This document shows positions 1 to 8,200 of a stretch of 64,000 bases of DNA, one piece after another. Location: the IMG/VR virus record IMGVR_UViG_3300008116_000192, positions 1 through 64,000 of that record; one strand, given 5' to 3'. The notes beneath the pieces are model-generated. The model ran no database searches. It was not told where the DNA came from and saw nothing but the letters and a program-made list of their open reading frames with translations. The number at the start of each line of letters is the position of its first letter. Positions within the stretch are counted from its first letter, which is position 1. Origin of the DNA: a virus. Its lineage: Duplodnaviria > Caudoviricetes. The position numbers were made by a program, and so were the translations under genes.

Positions 1-1
1 A

Positions 2-313
2 TTTATTCCGCTTCAAGCACTTGCTACTGGAATGCCAGTAATTTGCACTTATGACTGGGCACAATATAAAAAATTCTTAGGGCCATTAAGATTAGAATCT
101 CAACTGGTGGACTCTCCGTGGCCTCAACCTCACCTTGGCAAAGTTTTTGAGCCAAACCGTGAACATTTACTTGAGACTATGAAAGATTTTGCTAATAATT
201 CAAAAGCTTATTCGAACTACTATTTTGCTCAATCAGAAAAAGTACATGCTGAATATAATTGGTTACAGTTGACCAATAATGCATTTGATCACATATTTAA
301 AAAGTTTTCTTAG
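2..313 (+). CDS. Glycosyltransferase (GT-B/GT4-like), C-terminal part, 5'-truncated by the window edge
   Basis: The frame is open from base 2 and reads FIPLQALATGMPVICT, matching the GT4 (E-G-F-G)xxxx(E/Q)AxAxGxPV motif region. Confidence 0.65.
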   Translation, partial: FIPLQALATGMPVICTYDWAQYKKFLGPLRLESQLVDSPWPQPHLGKVFEPNREHLLETMKDFANNSKAYSNYYFAQSEKVHAEYNWLQLTNNAFDHIFKKFS

Positions 314-400
314 ATCACTTCCCTAAGTAAAAAAAGTTTGATAGAATAAGATTCTTACTCAAAAAATCTATTAACCGAAAAGGCGGAGGAAAAAGGCTAT

Positions 401-2335
401 ATGTCAAAAGTTATTGAAAACCCATATGAAAACTTCATTGCATTATCAAGATATGCAAGATGGATATCAGACGAAAATCGTCGTGAGACTTGGGGTGAAA
501 CAGTAGATCGTTATTTCAACTTCATGTTGAATCATCTTGGAAAAAATCATGGATATACTCCAGATGAAAAGCTTGTCAAGCAATTGAAAGATGCAGTTTA
601 TAATCGCAATGTAATGCCTTCAATGAGAGCCGTCATGACTTCAGGTGCTGCTCTAGATAGAGACCATGTTGCTGGATATAACTGTTCATTTGTACCAGTT
701 GATAATCCAAGGTCGTTTGATGAAACAATGTATATCTTAATGTGTGGAACTGGCGTTGGTTTCTCTGTTGAGTATAAGTATGTTAACAAACTTCCTGCCG
801 TTCCAGAATCATTTGAAAAGTCATCAACAGTTATCGTTGTAGAAGATTCAAAGCAAGGATGGGCAAAGGCATATCGAGAACTTCTTGCAATGCTTTGGGC
901 AGGACAGGTTCCAGCAATCGATGTATCAAAGCTTCGTCCAGCGGGAGCAAGACTTAAGACAATGGGTGGAAGATCTTCAGGACCACAACCACTCGTAAAT
1001 CTTTTTGATTTTACAATCGCAAAGTTTAAGGGTGCAGCAGGTCGTCAGTTGAAGCCTATCGAAGCTCACGATATAATGTGTAAGATTGGTGAAATTGTTG
1101 TAGTTGGCGGAGTTCGTCGCTCTGCAATGATTTCTCTTTCAAACATTAATGACATTGAGATGGCAGCAGCCAAGTCAGGTAACTGGTGGGAAAATAATTC
1201 TCAACGTGCATTATCAAATAACTCAGTAGCATATTCTCGCAAACCAGAGATGGAGCAGTTTATTGCTGAATGGAAGAATTTATATGACTCAAAATCAGGT
1301 GAGCGTGGCATATACAATGTTGCCGCTGCTCAAAAGCAAGCAGCAAAATGGGGCAGAAGAGATCCAGAAATCCACTATGGAACTAACCCATGCTCAGAAA
1401 TTATCCTTCGCCCTTATCAGTTCTGTAATCTATCCGAAGTTGTAATTCGTGAAAACGATACACGAGAGACAATCGCAGAAAAGGTAAGACTAGCAACTGT
1501 TCTTGGAACATGGCAGTCAACACTTACTGACTTCAAGTATCTTCGTAAAATCTGGAAGGACAATACAGAAGAAGAGCGTCTACTAGGAGTTTCATTAACT
1601 GGTCAGTTTGGACATACATTTATGTCTGGTAAAAAGGGATTGGATCAGTTGGAAGTCTATCTTTCAGAACTAAGAGATTCTGCTAGAAAGACAAATAAGG
1701 ATGAGGCAGCAAAGATTGGAATCAATGAATCTGCTGCAATTACATGTGTCAAGCCATCTGGAACAGTATCACAACTTGTTGGAGTATCTTCTGGAATGCA
1801 CCCATGGCATTCTGAATATTATATCCGCACAGTTCGTGGAGATAAGAAGGATCCACTTTCTACATTCTTAAAGGAAGTTGGCATTCCATGTGAAGATGAC
1901 TTCATGAAGCCAAACGATACATATGTATTCTCATTTCCAGTAAAGGCACCAGAGGGTGCAATTGTAAGAAATGATTTAACAGCAATCGAACACTTGAATA
2001 CTTGGTTAGTTTACCAACGTGCATGGTGTGAGCATAAGCCTTCAATTACAGTTTCTGTAAAAGAAGATGAATGGATGGAAGTTGGTGCTTGGGTTTATAA
2101 GCATTTTGATGAAGTCTCAGGTATTTCATTCCTACCGCATTCAGATCACTCATATAAGCAAGCTCCATACCAAGAAGTAACAGAATCAGAATATCTAGAT
2201 CTTCTAGAAAAGATGCCAAAGGATATTCGTTGGGAAGATTTGTCTTTCTATGAGACTGAGGATGGAACAAGCGGAACTCAAACTCTAGCATGTACTTCTG
2301 ATGGAAATTGCGAGATTGTAGATATTTCAGCTTAG
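401..2335 (+). CDS. nrdJ: Class II (adenosylcobalamin-dependent) ribonucleotide reductase
   Basis: Motifs GYNC, GGVRRSAMI, catalytic TNPCSE, TCVKPSGTVSQL, WCEHKPSITV and a C-terminal redox Cys pair (CTSDGNC). 644 aa, no beta subunit nearby. GGAGG SD. Confidence 0.93.
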   Translation: MSKVIENPYENFIALSRYARWISDENRRETWGETVDRYFNFMLNHLGKNHGYTPDEKLVKQLKDAVYNRNVMPSMRAVMTSGAALDRDHVAGYNCSFVPVDNPRSFDETMYILMCGTGVGFSVEYKYVNKLPAVPESFEKSSTVIVVEDSKQGWAKAYRELLAMLWAGQVPAIDVSKLRPAGARLKTMGGRSSGPQPLVNLFDFTIAKFKGAAGRQLKPIEAHDIMCKIGEIVVVGGVRRSAMISLSNINDIEMAAAKSGNWWENNSQRALSNNSVAYSRKPEMEQFIAEWKNLYDSKSGERGIYNVAAAQKQAAKWGRRDPEIHYGTNPCSEIILRPYQFCNLSEVVIRENDTRETIAEKVRLATVLGTWQSTLTDFKYLRKIWKDNTEEERLLGVSLTGQFGHTFMSGKKGLDQLEVYLSELRDSARKTNKDEAAKIGINESAAITCVKPSGTVSQLVGVSSGMHPWHSEYYIRTVRGDKKDPLSTFLKEVGIPCEDDFMKPNDTYVFSFPVKAPEGAIVRNDLTAIEHLNTWLVYQRAWCEHKPSITVSVKEDEWMEVGAWVYKHFDEVSGISFLPHSDHSYKQAPYQEVTESEYLDLLEKMPKDIRWEDLSFYETEDGTSGTQTLACTSDGNCEIVDISA

Positions 2336-2344
2336 TGCTACAAT
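2316..2344 (+). promoter_or_regulatory. Primary-sigma promoter TTGTAG-17-TACAAT with extended -10 TG
   Basis: Read directly from the sequence, upstream of 2405. Confidence 0.6.
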
Positions 2345-2404
2345 ATTAGTATTGGGATAAAACCCAAAATTCCTGGGCACAGGGCCCAGAAATAGGAGGA
2401 TCTA

Positions 2405-2632
2405 ATGAATACAGATCTAAACAATGATGGAAAGGTAACAATGCAGGAGAAAATTCTAGCAGCATTGGCAAGCTATGGTCGTCACTTTCTAGGTGCCGCT
2501 ATTGCTCTTTACATGACTGGAAATACTGACCCAGGAGACTTAATTAAGGGTGGTATTGCAGCTTGCTTGCCAGTTATTCTAAAGGCACTAAATCCAAATG
2601 AGACTTCATTCGGATTTACCAAGAAGGCATAA
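2405..2632 (+). CDS. Small membrane protein, putative holin
   Basis: 75 aa with two hydrophobic segments and a basic C-terminus (TKKA). AGGAGG SD. Holin function is inference. Confidence 0.45.
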   Translation: MNTDLNNDGKVTMQEKILAALASYGRHFLGAAIALYMTGNTDPGDLIKGGIAACLPVILKALNPNETSFGFTKKA

Positions 2633-2653
2633 TTAAATAACAGATTGGGAACG

Positions 2654-2679
2654 CTCCTATGCTAAAATAAGCATAGGAG
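2654..2679 (+). terminator. Perfect 10-bp hairpin (CTCCTATGCT/AGCATAGGAG) followed by a T-run, with TGCTAAAAT extended -10 overlapping the loop
   Basis: Inverted repeat seen directly, followed by TTTTCCTATTTT. Confidence 0.6.
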
Positions 2680-2706
2680 TTTTCCTATTTTAGGAGATTT
2701 TAGCAA

Positions 2707-3054
2707 ATGGCAGGACAAAAGAACTTTGAAGTAGATCAGAATACAACCTTTAGATTCATTATTGAATACAAGGATGATACTGGTAACGCTATTAACTTAA
2801 CTGGCGCTTCCGCAAAAATGCAGGTAAGAGATACTGCAGGAGGAAGTAAGCTAGCAGTCACTCTAACATCTCCCTCAGGTGGCATCGTAATAGATGCACT
2901 TCTTGGAAAATTAACACTAACAATGACTCCTACTCAGACTAGTAAGTTGTTTTATCCAAAATCATCTTACGATGTTATGCTAACAGATTCAAGCGGTGTT
3001 AAGACCAAATTACTAGAGGGATTTATGACCTTGAATAGGTCAGTGACTATTTAA
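2707..3054 (+). CDS. Putative virion structural protein (beta-sandwich, BppU N-terminal-like)
   Basis: 115 aa, AGGAG SD, first gene of the coupled fibre operon. Family call is from memory of similar phage proteins. Confidence 0.4.
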   Translation: MAGQKNFEVDQNTTFRFIIEYKDDTGNAINLTGASAKMQVRDTAGGSKLAVTLTSPSGGIVIDALLGKLTLTMTPTQTSKLFYPKSSYDVMLTDSSGVKTKLLEGFMTLNRSVTI

Positions 3055-3527
3055 TGGCAGAGACAGTACTTGTAACTCAAACAGTAAATGACGTTTCAGT
3101 AACTCAGGACGTTAATAAGGTTGTTATTTCTAGCCCTGGCCCACAAGGTCCAGCGGGTAGAACAATTTTGAACGGAAATGGCGCTCCAGCAAATAATCTA
3201 GGTCGTGAAGGCGATTTTTATTATGATAAGGATACAACCATTTTTTATGGCCCAAAACTTTCTGATTCCACATGGGTAGGAGCAACATCTTTTACCCTAA
3301 ACGCTGAAGTTACTTATTTCCAGTATTCTTGGGAAACCTCTCAATTAAATGGTCCAGTTAACGGAATTTATAGCATACAGATAATCCATAATCTAAACTA
3401 TAATCCCAATGTCACTGTGAAAAATAGCGCAGGAGACATATTAGAAACTGGAATAGAATATAATAATACTAGTAATTTAACACTGACAATGGCTCAACCA
3501 TTCTCAGGGACAGCGTACCTGTCTTAA
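3054..3527 (+). CDS. Putative fibre-associated protein with short collagen-like G-X-Y stretch
   Basis: PGPQGPAG followed by GxxGDFYYD motif. TAATG coupling to the upstream gene. Confidence 0.5.
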   Translation: MAETVLVTQTVNDVSVTQDVNKVVISSPGPQGPAGRTILNGNGAPANNLGREGDFYYDKDTTIFYGPKLSDSTWVGATSFTLNAEVTYFQYSWETSQLNGPVNGIYSIQIIHNLNYNPNVTVKNSAGDILETGIEYNNTSNLTLTMAQPFSGTAYLS

Positions 3528-3540
3528 GGAGAAATAGAAA

Positions 3541-5211
3541 ATGGCAAGATTATTTGTAACTAGCATTAATCTGAACAAGAATGAACTTCAGAATGCTAGA
3601 ATTCAAAACCTCAGCTCGGCGCCATCAACGCCAGTAGCTGGTCAAATTTATTACGATACAGTAACAAATATCATGTACTTCTACAATGGAAGTGCATGGA
3701 TTCCAACCTCTGGATCTGCAGAGGTAATTCAAGATACAGTAGATACGATGATTATCGCAGGCACAGGCCTCGATAAGACATACGATGATAATGCTGGAAC
3801 TCTAACAATTGATATTGATTCTACGGTTACAACTAACTCTGGAACTCAAACACTATCTAACAAAACTTTAACTGCACCAAAGTTTGCAGATGGCGGGCAT
3901 ATTGCAGATGCTAATGGCAATGAAGAAATTAAATTTGTTGCTACAGCAGGTGCAGTAAATGAATTAACAGTAACAAACGCAGCAACAGGTAATGGTCCTG
4001 CTATATCTGCAACTGGTGTAGATACAAATATAGATTTGAATCTTGCCGCTAAGGGAACTGGAGTTGTAAAGGCAGGCGGAGTTGAAGTAGTAACACTATC
4101 TGGAACACAGACACTTACTAACAAAACAATTACATCACCTACAGTGTCTGGATTATATCTATCAGATTCTTCAATAGTATTTGAAGGATCATCTGCAGAT
4201 GGTAGCGAAACAACACTTCAGGTTACAAATCCAACAGATGATAGAACAATTACATTACCAGATTTAAGCGGTACAGTAATATTAACAACTAATAAGGTAA
4301 CAGATCTAACTGCACCTACAAGCTCATTCTCAATGAATAATCAAAAGATCACAAGCTTGGCAACTCCTACAGATTCTTCAGATGCAGCAACAAAGGGATA
4401 TGTTGATGGCGTAGCTGAAGGTCTACATGTTCATGAAGCAGCAAGAGTATATGTTGGAACGAATATCAACCTATCAAATGCCCTCGAAGCAGGAGATGTA
4501 ATTGATGGCGTAACACTTATTGCTGGAGATCGTGTACTTGTTAATGGTCAAACAACTCAGTCAGAAAATGGTATTTACGTTGTTCAGTCGTCTGGTGCAG
4601 CAGTTCGTGCCCTGGATTTCAATACAGCAGCAGAAGTTGATAGCGGAGACTTTATCTTCGTATCTTCTGGAACAACATATGGAGCAACTGGATGGGTACA
4701 GACTCTTAAGCCAGCTACAATTGGCACAGATCCAATTAGCTTTACTCAGTTCTCTGGTGCTGGTACATATCTAGCTGGAGACGGATTAGATCTAGCAGGT
4801 TCAACATTTAGCGTAGATATTACTCCAGTCTCAGCTCAACCAAGCTTAAAATGGGAAGATGATGCAATTCAAGTTAAGCTTAATACATCAGACGGTCTAG
4901 AAGTAACATCTTCTGGTGTTGGTATTAATAATGGAACTGGTCTTACATTCTCAGGTGGAGCATTAACATTAGATACTGCAAATGGTTACGGTGTCCGTAA
5001 ATATGCAGCATCAGTTGGAAATGGTTCACTAACATCAATATCGCTTACACACAACCTTGGAACAAGAGATGTAACTGTTCACATATATGATAATTCAAGC
5101 CCTTATGCACAATTAGAGGCAGATGTTGAGCATACGGATTCAAATAACGTAACAGTTAAATTCGCAGTTGCACCGACAACGAATCAGTATAGAGTAGTTA
5201 TAGTAGGGTAA
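3541..5211 (+). CDS. Tail/fibre structural protein
   Basis: 556 aa, Thr/Gly/Ser-rich, with TQTLTNKT-type repeats and DAATKGYVD fibre motif. AAGGAG SD. Confidence 0.6.
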   Translation: MARLFVTSINLNKNELQNARIQNLSSAPSTPVAGQIYYDTVTNIMYFYNGSAWIPTSGSAEVIQDTVDTMIIAGTGLDKTYDDNAGTLTIDIDSTVTTNSGTQTLSNKTLTAPKFADGGHIADANGNEEIKFVATAGAVNELTVTNAATGNGPAISATGVDTNIDLNLAAKGTGVVKAGGVEVVTLSGTQTLTNKTITSPTVSGLYLSDSSIVFEGSSADGSETTLQVTNPTDDRTITLPDLSGTVILTTNKVTDLTAPTSSFSMNNQKITSLATPTDSSDAATKGYVDGVAEGLHVHEAARVYVGTNINLSNALEAGDVIDGVTLIAGDRVLVNGQTTQSENGIYVVQSSGAAVRALDFNTAAEVDSGDFIFVSSGTTYGATGWVQTLKPATIGTDPISFTQFSGAGTYLAGDGLDLAGSTFSVDITPVSAQPSLKWEDDAIQVKLNTSDGLEVTSSGVGINNGTGLTFSGGALTLDTANGYGVRKYAASVGNGSLTSISLTHNLGTRDVTVHIYDNSSPYAQLEADVEHTDSNNVTVKFAVAPTTNQYRVVIVG

Positions 5212-5221
5212 GGGGTAAAGA

Positions 5222-8200
5222 ATGGCTAAAAAATTTCTTAGCCCCCTAAATCTACTAAACTTAACATCAGATCCAGGGACGGCAGCCGAAGGAGATTTCT
5301 ACTGGAATTCTTCTACCAATAGACTTCGCATATACTTCGATGGCGCATGGGCAGATGTAAGCTCAAATACAGCATTTACAAATGCTGCTAATACATTTAC
5401 TACATCTCAAACAATTACTCCAGCAACATCCGTAACTGGCTTAACTATTAATGCTGCTTCATCTGCAAAAGGTTTAATTGTAAAAGCAAATGCTACGACT
5501 CCAGGAAATTTACAGGAATGGCAAAATTCTTCTGGTACAGCATTGTCATATATTCGTTCAGATGGTGGTATTTATGTTACATCAGCTAGCGATAACAGAT
5601 TATATAATTTAGGAATTGGTGGTTCTTCAAATGGTATTTCTTGGCTATATGTTGCTCCACAAACTGCATCAGAAAAGCCTATAGTTGTTCGTGGTGTAGC
5701 TTCTCAAAGCGCTAACTTAACCGAATGGCAAGATTCAGCTTCAACGGTTCTTGCAAGCGTTTCAAATGCAGGAAGAATTACAGCGGCCAATGGATTTATT
5801 ACTCCTAATGTTGGTTTATTTGGAGCATCATCAGGTGGATTAGCAACTCTTACATCTTATACTGCAGCCGCTGGAACAATCGGTCTTGCAGTAAGAGGTG
5901 CAGCATCACAATCAGCAGATTTAATTCAAGCACAAAATTCGGCTGGATCAGTAGTATTTAAAGTAAGCCCAACTGGAGTAATTAATGCTGGTGGTGCCAC
6001 AACAATTGGAAATATTCTTAACTTTTCAGATCCAGGAATTGCGGTAGAAACAAGATTTAACTTCTTAAGAGCAACTGATTCAGCATGGCTGGCTGTTAAT
6101 GAGTATTCATCTGATAGCACTTATTATGAATTTGGAATGTCTGATAATCCAAGCGGCGGAGATTATTACCAATGGAGATTTGATGATTGGACTGCTCCAG
6201 GACATGGATGGATGCCATTGCAGATTGGTGCATATATAACAAGATTTATAGCCCCATCTATAACTCAGTACGGAAATATTGCTTTAAACCCTTACAACAC
6301 CGCATTTGCAACAGTAAATAATGTACTTCCATCTGCATCAAACTATACAGTAAATAGATATTTTCCAACAAATAGCACAACATATGCGTTAAAGAGAGAT
6401 ACTGGTACAGGAACTGGTACAGCAACATTAAATACACAAACTTATACTGGTACAAGCATAAGAAATTATTGGATAGAGATTGAGACTGGCGGAACTACAT
6501 TTAAATGGGGAATTGATTCGGCAGCCTTTGGTGGAACTATAGCAACAGGTGTTGCTATTACTGGATCAGCACAAACATTAGATAATGGTCTTCAGGTAAC
6601 TCTTTCAACTACTGGACATGTAGCTGGAGATAGATGGTCTTGGCAATCAAATCCAAGAAGAACAATTGCAATAGGTGGAACTCCAATTACTGGAGCAATG
6701 CAGATAATTTATCCATCAGCTGCATTGATTGGAACTGTTATTCGTGGAGCATCTGGGCAGACAGCTAATTTGCAAGAGTGGCAAAATAGCAGCGGAAATA
6801 TTTTGTCTGCTATAGGACCAACTAACGCACAGTTTGGAACCACTTCATCTGGAGTATATCCAGTAGGAATAAACTCTACTCCAACAACAGACGTATTTTT
6901 AACAGTGGGAACTACTGGTTATGTAAGTGCAAATACTGCAAATCAATCAACAGGAATTTATACTCGTGTAGTAAATACAGGAACTGGAGATATTGTCGGA
7001 GTACTTGCTCAGCCAGTATCTTCTAATGCAACTGGACATACTAATATATCTGCATTTGCTGGATCAGTTCGTTCAGCTGGCGGAGCAGGTTCTACAGTAA
7101 CCAATGGATATGTTTTTTGGGCAACTGGTCCAACAATATCAAGTGGAACAATAACTAATTTATACGGACTTTATTTAACTGCTCAAAAAACAACTGGTGT
7201 AACAAATGCATATGGAATTTTCCAGGCTGGTGCTGATGATTTAAACACAATTAATGGAAGAACTACAATAAATTCTGGATCTACAACATATATTCCATTA
7301 ATAATTAAAGGAATTGCCTCTCAATCTGCTAATTTGCAAGAATGGCAGAGCAGCGCTGGAACAGTATTAGCAAGAATAAGTTCATCTGGACAAATTACTG
7401 CTTCAAATATAAAAATGCCTAATTCATTTAGCGTTGGGCTAGGAACATCAGCATTAAATGCAATCACAACTGGAGACTATAACGTAGCAGTTGGAATCAA
7501 TTCTTTATTAGTAAATAGTACTGGAAGCAGTAATATCGCAATTGGTTATAATGTTTTAGATCAAAATACTACTGGCGGAGACAATATAGGAATTGGATAC
7601 GAAGCTTTATCAAAAAATGTAAGCAGCTATTATAATATTGCCATTGGAACAACCGCTTTATATAATGCTACAGGTGAAAATAATACAGTTGTAGGAGCTG
7701 AGGCTGGGTATAGTTTAACAACTGGAAATAATAATACTATTATTGGCTATGCTGCAGCAGCCTCAAGCGCTACCGTATCTAATGAAATAACTCTTGGAAA
7801 TGGATCAGTTACATCTCTTAGAGTTCCTGGAATTTCAATATCTGCAGGCACAACTTCTTTTACAGCACCAGCATTTATACCGTCTTCATCTACTGTACCA
7901 ACAAATGGAATGTACCTTTCTGCAGCAAATACATTAAATTTTGCAACTAATACTACAAATAGAATGAGTATTGATTCATCAGGAGCTATAACAATTCCTG
8001 GATCTTTAACAGTTACTGGCGATGTAACAATTAATGGTACAACTACAAATATAAATACGACAAATCTTGTAGTTGAAGATAAGAATATTATATTAGGAGA
8101 TGTTACTACTCCTTCTAATACTACCGCCGACGGCGGCGGAATAACATTAAAGGGTGCTACAGATAAGACATTTAACTGGGTTAATTCAACATCAGCTTGG

